Assembly: GCA_963787835.1 (NCBI GenBank)
Contig: CAWBEI010000002.1
Span: 96,001-160,000, forward strand
Direction of reading: 5' to 3'
Length of the DNA stretch: 64,000 nt
DNA from: Ignavibacteriota bacterium
GTDB lineage: Bacteria > Bacteroidota > Ignavibacteria > Palsa-1295
The position numbers and the translations under genes were made by a program. Below are positions 9,905 through 20,060 of this stretch, piece after piece. Positions within the stretch are counted from its first letter, which is position 1. Every line of letters starts with the position of its first letter. The notes under the pieces were generated by a model. The model saw nothing but the letters and a program-made list of their open reading frames with translations. It ran no database searches and was not told the DNA's origin.

Positions 9905-11173
9905 TTGCGAATTTTATTCAGACCTCGCTCCGGCCGCACGATCTGCGGTGTCGCAACAGGGCTTGCCGAACGCTATGGTGTTCCAACTGCTGCTGTGCGT
10001 GCCGCATTTATTGCGGCGTTCTTCGCTTCCCCATTTGCGATCCTTGCCTATTTACTTCTCACGCTTTCCATGCCATCGGAAATAACTGTGGCAGGAACAC
10101 TGCGGCTCGCGCCATCCGATCGCTCACGCTCACCCCGGGATCGATTTGAGCATCTATCACAATTGCTTGTTGATCGTCTGCTTGAACAATCCCCTTCACG
10201 CTTATTACCCGGCTATCTTCTCTCTATCTGGCTTCTTCTATTTGCGGTGCTTCTCGAACTTCCTCGCATGGGCAGCGGTGGAGCTTATGTTGCCCATTCT
10301 TACGCGGGGACTCTCATCAGCAATCTTTCATTCTATGGAACTCCCCTTTTCTACCTCAGCATAGCAGCGTTGCTCTTATTCGACTGGAAGAGATCGGAAC
10401 ATACCATTGCATTGGAAGTGCCCACTCGTAAAAAATTTACTTGTGAGCAGGGACCTTCGAAAATGATAGGGGGTGTTGCTGTGGGTATCTCGGAGGTACT
10501 TGGTTTAGAACCCGCCTACATTCGAATCCTGTTGATTCTTTTGAATATTCTCACCATGGGTCTTGCCGGGGCTGCATATCTCATGATGTGGTATCTTTAT
10601 CGGCGCAAGAACGAAGCGGATATTGAGTTGGTCGCCATTGATGATTCATACTCACCGGAACGATCGCTTCGCATCTTTCGGATCTGCCTCGGGGTCTTAT
10701 TTATTCTCCTTGCGGGCGCGCATAGTGTAACGCGATCTCGGCTCTTTTTCTTTAATGAGGCGATCCTTCAAGGTTCCATGATGTGCCTGACTGGTATCGC
10801 ACTGGTCTGGAGCGGCCTTCGCACGAACCGCAAACAAGTCAAGCTTTGGGTTGTAGGAGGGGCTTTTGTCTTTTTTTCAGGCGTGTATGAGCTTGTTACT
10901 ACCATTGCACACCTACACATCGCTAACGTCGAGAGCTTCGAAGTTGCGGAGATCCTAATTGCACTATCGCTCATCTACTTCGCCTTGGTATCGCTCCAGG
11001 GATATGCACGGTGGTTAGGGCTTGGACTGGCAGGCGTATTCACCCTTTCGACTACCTTGATCTCGACTCATTTTATCCCATCCATTTACCTCGCGGAACT
11101 CCTGCGGTTCTATGATTTCTTTTACCCCCTGATCTTTGCAGGCCTTGGGATTTGGACCCTGTTTGATCGATGA
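9905..11173 (+). CDS. Polytopic membrane protein with two PspC domains
   Basis: LFRPRSGRTICGVATGLAERYG..VR and KMIGGVAVGISEVLG..IR motifs plus many TM helices. Confidence 0.7.
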   Translation: MRILFRPRSGRTICGVATGLAERYGVPTAAVRAAFIAAFFASPFAILAYLLLTLSMPSEITVAGTLRLAPSDRSRSPRDRFEHLSQLLVDRLLEQSPSRLLPGYLLSIWLLLFAVLLELPRMGSGGAYVAHSYAGTLISNLSFYGTPLFYLSIAALLLFDWKRSEHTIALEVPTRKKFTCEQGPSKMIGGVAVGISEVLGLEPAYIRILLILLNILTMGLAGAAYLMMWYLYRRKNEADIELVAIDDSYSPERSLRIFRICLGVLFILLAGAHSVTRSRLFFFNEAILQGSMMCLTGIALVWSGLRTNRKQVKLWVVGGAFVFFSGVYELVTTIAHLHIANVESFEVAEILIALSLIYFALVSLQGYARWLGLGLAGVFTLSTTLISTHFIPSIYLAELLRFYDFFYPLIFAGLGIWTLFDR

Positions 11174-11174
11174 A

Positions 11175-11981
11175 CTAAATTCCGTAGCCCTCTGGCGGCC
11201 GGTCCGAGATGATGTTGTTGAACACGTTGATCTGTTTATCTTTTGCCTTCGAAAGATCCACATCTACAGTAATAATTTCCTCATCCTGTTCTGAAGCAAC
11301 AGACAGCACCTCCCCGTTCATGCCAATGATAGCGCTCTCGCCTCTGAATTGAAGGGTTTCCCCACTGTTTGTTTCTAAACCCGTCCGGTCGGCAAAGGCA
11401 AGTCCTACTTTATTTTCGAATGCGCGGGTTCGGAGCGTGACATGCAGCAACCCGGTAGTTGTCACGATATTCGATGGGATCGCAATTAACGCTGCGCCAT
11501 TCAGGGCCAGTTTGCGGGCTGCTTCCGGGAAACGCCAATCATAGCAAATTAACATTCCCATATCCACGCTATTCGAACGGGTCGCTAAGGAAAAAATGGG
11601 AAACCCCAAATCGCCTTTTGCGAAGATCTGAGTTTCATAATAAAAAAGATGAACTTTGCGATAATGCCCAACAAGCTGGCCGTTCGCATCGAAGGCGAGA
11701 GCCGTATTATAGAACGTTCCGTTCGATTCTTCGAGGAACCCTGTAACAATAGCCTTTCTCTCCTCATGTGCAAGCCTGCTTAGAGCCGCACAAGTCTGAC
11801 CATGTATCGATTCCGCTAGCGGTGCAATCTCGGTCTTACTTTTAAAGAAATACCCCGTTAAGCAAAGTTCCGGAAATATGACGATGTCGCCCTCAGCATG
11901 TTTTGCGAAAAGACGCATTCGATCCAGGTTACCCTTGACATCGCCATAGGCCGGAGTAAACTGCACACAGGATATCTTCAT
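11175..11981 (-). CDS. Carbon-nitrogen hydrolase (nitrilase superfamily)
   Basis: FPELCLTGY, YRKVHL, ICYDWRFPE (E-K-C triad). Confidence 0.92.
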   Translation of the reverse strand: MKISCVQFTPAYGDVKGNLDRMRLFAKHAEGDIVIFPELCLTGYFFKSKTEIAPLAESIHGQTCAALSRLAHEERKAIVTGFLEESNGTFYNTALAFDANGQLVGHYRKVHLFYYETQIFAKGDLGFPIFSLATRSNSVDMGMLICYDWRFPEAARKLALNGAALIAIPSNIVTTTGLLHVTLRTRAFENKVGLAFADRTGLETNSGETLQFRGESAIIGMNGEVLSVASEQDEEIITVDVDLSKAKDKQINVFNNIISDRPPEGYGI

Positions 11982-11989
11982 AAACTATT

Positions 11990-14086
11990 TTAAAAGGTAA
12001 GCGTCGTCGTCAAGGTGATGTTGATAAGGGTATAGCTATAAAGCGGTTCGGTCGAAACAACGTCCGCTAACTCGAGCTTTGCTTCCAATAAAAGGCCATT
12101 GAATACGCCGATCCATCGGTTCTCAAATGGAAAAAGTTTGGAGAGAGATGCGTTCAAAAATTCACCATTTTCGGTGCGGCTGCTGTCGCCATAGAGTACA
12201 GCTCCCTTTGGTCCTACGGCTGCCCCATAGAGGCGGTGTTCATACGAAAGATCGAGGCCGAAATCGAGATCTGCAAAAATTCGGGCATTCGAAAAAATGG
12301 AGTATCGGCTTAAATTGTAGGTGTATTCATCATCTGCGAGTTGGGCTGCGGCGCGGACTTTCTTGGTAGCAAGTTGGGCATTCGTTACATAGGCTCGAAG
12401 ATTCGGGTTATAATTAAAATCCATGAGAGCGCCAAGCACCCAACGCTCGCCAAGGAATTCCGCGATTCCAAGCCCATACGAATATTGCTGAAAATTAGAG
12501 GCGGCAGTTCGTGTAACTAATTTTTTTATATCTTTGATCACCGGTTTAATGCTAATGATCTTCCCTTTGGCACCTCGAGTAGTATCATAACCCGTGGTAT
12601 CATATCTAACCAATTGAGAGTCCGAGACAATAAGCGGATCAAGATATTGCCGGAATCCAACCGCAGCCTCGCCGATCAGGGCCGTCGTTTTCCCTAACGC
12701 CAGCCGAGGGGTTATGGTAAAACGATTTTCTGTGCTTGCATAGACAGAGTCGAACGGAAAATTGTCCAAGGTATAATCGTAGCTGCCACGAAAACTAAAG
12801 TTCGTGCTGCTTAGTCCCTCGATGGCGCCACCGAACGTCAGCGTCTTATTATCATTAGGGTTCCCGCCATAATTTCCTCCGAACAAGATCGTATCTGCCG
12901 GTGAATAATGTACTCCGGCATGATTGGTGTAGGCCACGGGGATCGTGAGCGCTGCAGCCATCGTGGTTGCTCCAGAATCCTCCACATCCTCGTGAATAAT
13001 TGCATCGTTATATCCGAACATTCTCAACCGGGTGCTCGATGTCAGAAGTGTGACGTTCGAGGCAGAAGGAGTGGCCGGTTCAGCCGCGGGAATGGTGGTT
13101 TGAACAGAGGCAAGTGAATGAATGAGTTGCTTGGACTCAACGCTCGTTCCAGGAGGTGCGCTGGGGGTCGGGGCTGTCGGAAGGAAATCTGTTTCAGGTT
13201 TGGCCTTCTGGAGTGCGTGAATAGCCACATCCAGCAATACAGTATCGGTGTGAAAAGGTTTGGTTTGGGGCATTAGCCCGAGAAGTGGCCCGCGTACCCC
13301 TTGCAACTCTGCAACAACCACTTCCGCCGTACTCTCGCTATACCCTGCCGAATCGAGAAGATCCGCGATCGTGGAAATAACCTCCGAAATGGAATCGCGA
13401 AGGTCTTCAAGCTCCGACACACGGTCTTTCGAGATCCCCTTCGGCGAGATGTCGGTTGAATCAAGCTCTCCACTCAGCGTATAGAGAGCAGTCACCGCAA
13501 CATCGACCAAGGAATCGTTTTTGGATTGTGCGCTCGGTGATGCGGGATGCACAGGAGCAAATTCACGCGTCGAGAACGGCCCCACGGATTCCGCCATTCT
13601 TTCAGCAGCTTGTATCGCCCGCTCCATCCTCATGAGATGCGAAGGATGCGCTATTTTCGGTTCTGCATCGCTGTTTTCTTGTTCTTCCGACGTAATCGCT
13701 TCCTGATTCGAAAGATAAAACACGCCCGTTGCCCCGATCGATGTTTCATTGAAACTCAAGCCCGGATTGAGATTATAAAAATTTGGCGAATAGGAGCCCG
13801 TCAGGGAAATGGTCGAGACGCCCGATAGATGAACGTCATAATTGAGTTGGAACGCCGGAAGGAGAATTTGATCGGGAGCGATGGTGTCGAGGCTTTGCAC
13901 GTTGTTGGTAGCCTGTCCGCCTAAGGAGATCGAACCGCTGAGCATCGTTGGTGAAGACGACTGCGCGCGCGACATGCTCGCGATCCCTAACGCGAAACAT
14001 ATCGTGCCAAGCGATACTACCGCCCGGAAGGATCTTTGAAGCAACGAATTCAACGTCCAGGAAAGAAGGTAATTCGGGGAAACCAA
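11990..14086 (-). CDS. Hypothetical outer-membrane protein (probable beta-barrel with large insertion)
   Basis: Signal peptide-like N-terminus, alternating aromatic beta-strands, terminal Phe (TLTTTLTF). Confidence 0.5.
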   Translation of the reverse strand: MVSPNYLLSWTLNSLLQRSFRAVVSLGTICFALGIASMSRAQSSSPTMLSGSISLGGQATNNVQSLDTIAPDQILLPAFQLNYDVHLSGVSTISLTGSYSPNFYNLNPGLSFNETSIGATGVFYLSNQEAITSEEQENSDAEPKIAHPSHLMRMERAIQAAERMAESVGPFSTREFAPVHPASPSAQSKNDSLVDVAVTALYTLSGELDSTDISPKGISKDRVSELEDLRDSISEVISTIADLLDSAGYSESTAEVVVAELQGVRGPLLGLMPQTKPFHTDTVLLDVAIHALQKAKPETDFLPTAPTPSAPPGTSVESKQLIHSLASVQTTIPAAEPATPSASNVTLLTSSTRLRMFGYNDAIIHEDVEDSGATTMAAALTIPVAYTNHAGVHYSPADTILFGGNYGGNPNDNKTLTFGGAIEGLSSTNFSFRGSYDYTLDNFPFDSVYASTENRFTITPRLALGKTTALIGEAAVGFRQYLDPLIVSDSQLVRYDTTGYDTTRGAKGKIISIKPVIKDIKKLVTRTAASNFQQYSYGLGIAEFLGERWVLGALMDFNYNPNLRAYVTNAQLATKKVRAAAQLADDEYTYNLSRYSIFSNARIFADLDFGLDLSYEHRLYGAAVGPKGAVLYGDSSRTENGEFLNASLSKLFPFENRWIGVFNGLLLEAKLELADVVSTEPLYSYTLINITLTTTLTF

Positions 14087-14089
14087 ACA

Positions 14090-14860
14090 TCAGGAAAAAT
14101 GGAGCAGCGCTTGATAGAGTGGGCCATAACTGGCTGGGTCCACTACGCTGAAGAGCCAGTATAACCCCCACATCGCACCTCCGATGGAAATGGGAACCGC
14201 AAAATTGTCATCTAAATGCAAGGACACGCTCGCGGCCTCTGCAAAACCTCCAACAATGGCGGCTATGCCTCCAATAACATACTCGATCGTGAGCGGTCCT
14301 GCTTTTGGAGTAATCATCACGACGATCCATGCTGTTACAATGAATGCAAAGGTACCCTCCAGGCTCTTATCGAAAAAACGATGCTTACCAAACGCACGAC
14401 CAAACAGCGCGCTCGAACTGTCCGATAGGATCAGGATCGAAAACGCCGTAACAGTGATCAACTTTGGAAAGACCGTTACGCAGATGAGCGCACTCACCAG
14501 CACATATGTAGCCCCGCTCAGCAATCCGGCACGGCGCTCATGCGGGCGGAGGATACGATCGAACAACTGCTCGACCATCCGATGAATAAAGGGAACATAG
14601 TGACGCCCTACATCGATAAAGATCGATAGAAGCGTCATTGGCAAGAGCAACGTTAACGCCATACCACGAGGTACGTAGTAATACATGATCGGGATCGTCA
14701 GCGATCCTAAGTGAATGCTCTTCCGAATGAGTTCGCTGGTAAATGAGATCTGGTCTTCCGAACGTGACTCTATGGCAGCAGACTTTAATGTGCCATTGGG
14801 CCCCGATGGAAATCCCACGGCAAGGTTTTCACGATTTTTTATGGTCGTTTGGGTGTTCAC
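14090..14860 (-). CDS. SEC59/DGK1/VTE5-family (dolichol/phytol kinase-like) membrane protein
   Basis: ELIRKSIHL, LRPHE, SGATY, D..SALFG..FG, KSLEG, LDDNFAVP. Confidence 0.88.
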   Translation of the reverse strand: MNTQTTIKNRENLAVGFPSGPNGTLKSAAIESRSEDQISFTSELIRKSIHLGSLTIPIMYYYVPRGMALTLLLPMTLLSIFIDVGRHYVPFIHRMVEQLFDRILRPHERRAGLLSGATYVLVSALICVTVFPKLITVTAFSILILSDSSSALFGRAFGKHRFFDKSLEGTFAFIVTAWIVVMITPKAGPLTIEYVIGGIAAIVGGFAEAASVSLHLDDNFAVPISIGGAMWGLYWLFSVVDPASYGPLYQALLHFS

Positions 14861-15164
14861 GTTCTACAAAAATACTCCATAAAAGCCTTATAACATACAA
14901 TAACCTAAAATCTTGAGGCACTTTAGGTTCAATTTCTACCAGCCTTTCGCGATTCCAAAGGCTAAAATACGGATTTCGAAAATCAGCATTACAATAAAGT
15001 AACAGCCAAATTCGTCAGTTTATTCGTTTGGCACGCTACATGTCGTTTTTGGCGTAACAAAATTGTTCTTTTCCGTCTAATGTTTCATTCGGCAACCGGT
15101 GCTTAATGGAAATAGGCTTTTCTTCAGTTTCTAAGCTATTTATTCCCGAGAATTGATACGTTTT

Positions 15165-16628
15165 ATGAGATTTCGATTATTCAGCATAGCTGCTTGTTTC
15201 ATTCTGGCCTGTTCATTCACCCCGTCTCTATCATTCGCTCAGCAGCCAGCGAGCCAATCGACCCCGAGCACGGCGAACATCCCGCGTACCATAACGCTCG
15301 ATGATGCCATCAAGGTGGCCATCGCACGAAATTACACGGTTCAAATTGCTCACAATTCCACCCGTACGCAGGAACTGGTAGCTACGGCCGCGAAAGACTA
15401 CATGTGGCTGCCAACCGTGAATGCCAGCGGCTCCTGGGGGTATAGTTACTCATTGAATCCGGTCTCTCAAGAAGTTCCGGTCGATCCCTATATTCCAGTT
15501 GTTGCACCAAATGGAGATACGGCGTATGCTTTTAACCCGAACCCCACGTATGTGCCGGTCACCCCACCAGCCGGAAGTCAATCGCTTTCCTATAGCGTCT
15601 CGGCAGGTTTGTATTTATTCCATGGCGGAGCCGATGCCGCACAAGTCAATGTAGCAGAATCAGCACTCGGTGCAGACAAGAATAATGATACCTGGACCCG
15701 ACAGATGGCAGCCGACAATGTGACACAAGCCTACCTTAATGTCCTCCTCGATAACGAACTCGTCAATGCAGCAAACTCAACCCTTTCGGAGGCATTGGCT
15801 CAGCTTTCTCTCGTGAAAGGGCAGTACGATGCGGGTGTCGTGCCTATCGTTCAGTACTATCAACAGGATGCTGCAGTCGGCCAGGACTCGCTCGCACTTA
15901 TTCAGGCGGTCAACAATTATAAGAATGCAAAGATAGCTTTACTCTTGACGCTCAACATCCCGCCGGAGCAATTCAATTCTTATACGTTCACTGCCGATGG
16001 GATCGATACTTCCACTTCAGCCGCATCGCGTGCCGCAGTCGATACTTCGATCTCTTCGTCGCGCTTCAATGCCGCGATCGATAAACGTCCGGATATTATC
16101 GCGCAACAGCAAACGATCGATGCAAGTAAATATACCGTCGATGCGACTCGGGATGCACTGTATCCTTCGTTAAAAGCCTCGGTTAGCGTCGGAGGTGGTG
16201 GAACCAATCAAACCATTTCCGATATACATTTTGCCAATACCTTTAATGCAGGACTTACGCTAAGCATCCCTATCTTCGATGCAATGCAAACCCGGCTTGC
16301 GATCGAGGAAGATGAGATAACGGTCGAAACCCAGCAATTACAGTTACAATCGGACGTACAGACCGTGCGAAGCCAGGCAGCGACTGCTGTGAATAATCTC
16401 CAGTCAGCAAGCGAAGCACTCGATGCCAGCGATGCTGCACTTCGCAGTGCGCAAGAGGGCTTGCGCCTTGCCGAGGAACAGCTTTCGGTCGGAAGCGGTA
16501 CGGAGGTATCGGTTGTGGTTGCGGAAGCAACGTTGGAAACCGCACGGACCAGCCGCGTCAACGCCAAGTACAATTGGGTATTCGCACAGCGCCAGCTTGA
16601 TTACATCCTCGGTAAATGGAATTATTGA
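15165..16628 (+). CDS. TolC-family outer membrane efflux protein
   Basis: ITLDDAIKVA, V.QAYL.VL, YDAG, RPDI, LSIPIFD, duplicated OEP architecture. Confidence 0.9.
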   Translation: MRFRLFSIAACFILACSFTPSLSFAQQPASQSTPSTANIPRTITLDDAIKVAIARNYTVQIAHNSTRTQELVATAAKDYMWLPTVNASGSWGYSYSLNPVSQEVPVDPYIPVVAPNGDTAYAFNPNPTYVPVTPPAGSQSLSYSVSAGLYLFHGGADAAQVNVAESALGADKNNDTWTRQMAADNVTQAYLNVLLDNELVNAANSTLSEALAQLSLVKGQYDAGVVPIVQYYQQDAAVGQDSLALIQAVNNYKNAKIALLLTLNIPPEQFNSYTFTADGIDTSTSAASRAAVDTSISSSRFNAAIDKRPDIIAQQQTIDASKYTVDATRDALYPSLKASVSVGGGGTNQTISDIHFANTFNAGLTLSIPIFDAMQTRLAIEEDEITVETQQLQLQSDVQTVRSQAATAVNNLQSASEALDASDAALRSAQEGLRLAEEQLSVGSGTEVSVVVAEATLETARTSRVNAKYNWVFAQRQLDYILGKWNY

Positions 16629-16693
16629 CCGCGCCAAATAACGGCTGACCTTCCTTTCTTTTCGGATCTTCTTTCTTTTTCACACACCTCATC

Positions 16694-18043
16694 ATGCCGG
16701 TAGAAAAAACAACTGGGGGTACCACGACCTCCGAAGCCTCGGCGGGATCCAAGTTACAACTTTCGCAAAAAAAGCGAAAGCGAAGAACAAGAACGATCGT
16801 GATCGTGGTCGGCATCTTTGTGCTGCTTATCGTTCTTGCAGCCATTTTTGGCGGAGGTAAGAAAGATGCGATTGTCGTGCAAACGGAAATAGTGGGACGG
16901 CACACCGTTACCGAAGAAGTTCAGGCAACTGGAAAGATCCAGCCGCAGGTGATGGTCAAAGTTTCGCCGGAAGTATCCGGTGAAATTATCGAATTACCAT
17001 TCAAGGAAGGTGACCGCGTGAAAAAAGGCGATCTTGTAGCGAAGATTAAGCCGCTCGTCTTCCAGGAACAATATGACGCTGCAGAAGCCAGCTACAATTC
17101 TGCAAAGGCGGCAGTTGAGCAACAGCGCGCAACCATGATCCAGGCAGAGGCCAATCTTAAGCGCGGAAAAATGCTGAATGCAGAGCACTTGATGTCCGAT
17201 CAAGACTACGATGCCGCAAAAGCTGCATACGGCTCTTCCGTCGCAGCAGTAAATGCTGCAGATTACACCGCCAAAGCGGCCGAAGGGCAAATGAAGCAGT
17301 TGCAAGAATCTCTTAATTGGACGAACGTGCTTTCGCCGATGGATGGCGTCGTGACGTCCCTCATCTCACAACTTGGAGAAAAAGTCGTTGGTACGGCAAG
17401 TTTTGCTGGCACGGAAATGATGGATATTAGCGATCTTTCGCTTATGAATGCCATGGTCGATGTCGATGAGAATGATGTCGTAAACATCAAGCTTGGCGAT
17501 TCCGTAAAAATCTCGATCGACGCGTTTCCCGACCGGATCTTTACCGGAAAAGTGATCGAGATCGCGAACAGCGCAAAGCTTTCTGGAACCGGTACGCAGG
17601 ATCAATCGACCAATTTCACCGTTAAAGTTCGGCTCGATGATTTCGGCGCACAGGATCTTCGACCGGGCATGAGCTGCACGGCACGAATACAAACCCAGAC
17701 AAAAGAGAACGTCATTGCCGTTCCTCTGATGGCTGTAACTCGCAGGGATAATGAGGATACGCAGGCTGCGGACTCCCTCAAAAAAATTCGCGAGGCCAAC
17801 AAAGGGACCTTTCACCAGGAGGATGAATCCTACGCACTCGTCTTTATCGTCAATAAAGATACCGCAAAAAGTGTCACGGTTAAAACGGGACTTTCCGATA
17901 ACAACTATGTAGAAATTTTGGATGGCCTGAAGGGCGGCGAAGAAGTCGTGAAGGGAAATTTTAGAGCAGTCTCAAAGGAGTTGGAAAACGGCAAGATCGT
18001 AACGGTCGATAATTCCGGAAAGACTGGACCAGCAAAAGATTAG
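16694..18043 (+). CDS. MacA-like periplasmic adaptor subunit
   Basis: ATGKIQP..VKVSPEVSGEI, SPMDGVV, VDENDV, LRPGMS, VKTGLSD..VEILDGLK. Confidence 0.92.
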   Translation: MPVEKTTGGTTTSEASAGSKLQLSQKKRKRRTRTIVIVVGIFVLLIVLAAIFGGGKKDAIVVQTEIVGRHTVTEEVQATGKIQPQVMVKVSPEVSGEIIELPFKEGDRVKKGDLVAKIKPLVFQEQYDAAEASYNSAKAAVEQQRATMIQAEANLKRGKMLNAEHLMSDQDYDAAKAAYGSSVAAVNAADYTAKAAEGQMKQLQESLNWTNVLSPMDGVVTSLISQLGEKVVGTASFAGTEMMDISDLSLMNAMVDVDENDVVNIKLGDSVKISIDAFPDRIFTGKVIEIANSAKLSGTGTQDQSTNFTVKVRLDDFGAQDLRPGMSCTARIQTQTKENVIAVPLMAVTRRDNEDTQAADSLKKIREANKGTFHQEDESYALVFIVNKDTAKSVTVKTGLSDNNYVEILDGLKGGEEVVKGNFRAVSKELENGKIVTVDNSGKTGPAKD

Positions 18044-18046
18044 CTT

Positions 18047-18796
18047 ATGGAAACAAATAATTTCATCGCCGAGATGGGGCATTCCGCCGAGAACTCTGTG
18101 ATCTTTATGGAGCAAGTCCAGAAGATCTACAAAATGGGCGAGGAGTATATCTATGCGCTTCGCGGGCTTACGGTAGGGGTCAAAAAGAACGAGTATGTCG
18201 CTATTATGGGCCCATCGGGTTCCGGTAAATCGACCTTGATGAATCTTATTGGCTGCCTGGACTCTCCCACATCCGGAAATTATTTCTTCAATGGCTTGAA
18301 CGTTGCAGGACTCGATGATGATGACCTTGCCGAAATTCGCAACCGCGAGATCGGCTTTGTGTTCCAAACATTTAACCTGCTTCCACGCAGTGACTCCCTC
18401 CGTAATGTCGAACTTCCTCTGATTTACGCTGGCGTAGGAAAAGATGAGCGCCGTGAGCGAGCACTCGAGGCACTCCATCAAGTTGGTTTGGCTGACCGAG
18501 CCGGCCATAAACCGAACGAACTTTCCGGAGGTCAGCGACAACGCGTGGCTGTCGCCCGCGCACTGGTCACGCGGCCATCTATCATTCTTGCTGACGAACC
18601 CACCGGTAATCTCGATTCGAAGACCGGCGAGGACATCATGCGCTTGTTCCGAGAACTGCGCGATCAGGGCAATACGCTGATCGTCGTCACGCACGAAGAA
18701 GATATCGCCCGCCATGCCGAACGCATCGTGCGCATCAAGGACGGCCTTGTCGAGCATGATGATTTTGTCCCACAAAACGAGCGCATCTTAGACTGA
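18047..18796 (+). CDS. ABC transporter ATP-binding protein (MacB/LolD type)
   Basis: [32 protein letters not shown]. Confidence 0.95.
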   Translation: METNNFIAEMGHSAENSVIFMEQVQKIYKMGEEYIYALRGLTVGVKKNEYVAIMGPSGSGKSTLMNLIGCLDSPTSGNYFFNGLNVAGLDDDDLAEIRNREIGFVFQTFNLLPRSDSLRNVELPLIYAGVGKDERRERALEALHQVGLADRAGHKPNELSGGQRQRVAVARALVTRPSIILADEPTGNLDSKTGEDIMRLFRELRDQGNTLIVVTHEEDIARHAERIVRIKDGLVEHDDFVPQNERILD

Positions 18797-18815
18797 TCTA
18801 CCTTAGCAATCCACC

Positions 18816-20060
18816 GTGCCACGCAGCATTCAAGATACGATCGAAGGCATTGCGATGGCGCGCACGGCGCTCCGCGCTAATCCTCTGCGTTCGGCGCTCA
18901 CGATGCTTGGAATTATCATCGGCATTGTCACCGTCACGCTGATGAGTTCGTTCCTCACTGGACTTACCGATATGTTCCTCAACACCACGAGCTTCATGGG
19001 AACCGACGTCTATTACATTAACAAATTCAATTGGATGGGCGGCGATTGGTTGCAGCAGATGAATAGGCCGAAAGTTACCGTCGAGGATGCCTACCAACTT
19101 CGCCAACGCATGACCACGGCAAAGGCGATCGGACTTTCTGCCCAATTAGATCTCAACATAAAATACAAGCTTGCGGAAGTTGAAGATGTGACGGGCGAAG
19201 GAGTCGATGCCGGCTACGAAACGGCAAACTCCATCGAAATGGATCAGGGGCGATTTTTCGCTACCCAGGAGCTTGCAAGCGCACGTCCTGTTTGTATCAT
19301 AGGACATGATGTCTGGACTAACATTTTTCATAAGGCCGATCCTATAGGAAAAGAGGTTCGGGCGAATGGATATACGCTCCAGGTGATCGGTGTATCGAAG
19401 CAAGTTGGCGGGATGTTCGGCGAATTTGCGGATAACAGGATCTTGATGCCTTTGCAAACGCTTTTCAATGCATACGGGAACCCGGACCAATCGCTTACCA
19501 TCGCAGTCAAGGCGAAAAATCCTCTTGATAAAGAAGATACCAAAGCCGAAGCAGAGTATCAAATGCGAGTGATCCGCAAGCTTAAACCACAAGACCGAGA
19601 TAATTTTGGAATTAACAGCCAGGATCAATTCAACCAGACGTTTGATGCGCTCACAAGCGTTCTTAAAATGATCGGTTTAACGATCACCAGCCTTTCTTTG
19701 CTGGTAGGAGGCATCGGCATCATGAATATCATGTTCGTGAGTGTGAAAGAGCGCACGCGAGAGATAGGCATTCGTAAGGCTATTGGCGCGCGACGCCGTG
19801 TGATCCTCACACAATTTCTTTCCGAGGCATCAATGCTTTGCCTGATCGCGGGCTTCATTGGAATTGTCATTGCTTACACTGCGTCCGCGATCATCAATAG
19901 CTACGTGCTTAATGCAGATTCGGCAGTTCATTTACATTTTACTATCGGGCTGATCTTGATAGGGCTTGGACTTTCTATAGCGATCGGATTAGTGAGCGGA
20001 CTGCTTCCCGCCTGGCGCGCCAGCAAGCTTGATCCGGTGGATGCACTTCGATACGAATAA
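18816..20060 (+). CDS. MacB-like ABC permease
   Basis: RSALTMLGIIIG, VGGIGIMNIMFVSVKERTREIGIRKAIGA, LDPVDALRYE. Confidence 0.93.
   Translation: MPRSIQDTIEGIAMARTALRANPLRSALTMLGIIIGIVTVTLMSSFLTGLTDMFLNTTSFMGTDVYYINKFNWMGGDWLQQMNRPKVTVEDAYQLRQRMTTAKAIGLSAQLDLNIKYKLAEVEDVTGEGVDAGYETANSIEMDQGRFFATQELASARPVCIIGHDVWTNIFHKADPIGKEVRANGYTLQVIGVSKQVGGMFGEFADNRILMPLQTLFNAYGNPDQSLTIAVKAKNPLDKEDTKAEAEYQMRVIRKLKPQDRDNFGINSQDQFNQTFDALTSVLKMIGLTITSLSLLVGGIGIMNIMFVSVKERTREIGIRKAIGARRRVILTQFLSEASMLCLIAGFIGIVIAYTASAIINSYVLNADSAVHLHFTIGLILIGLGLSIAIGLVSGLLPAWRASKLDPVDALRYE

Noticed and set aside
17972-18775. 267-aa antisense ORF
   Set aside because: Typical reverse-frame shadow of an ABC ATPase gene.
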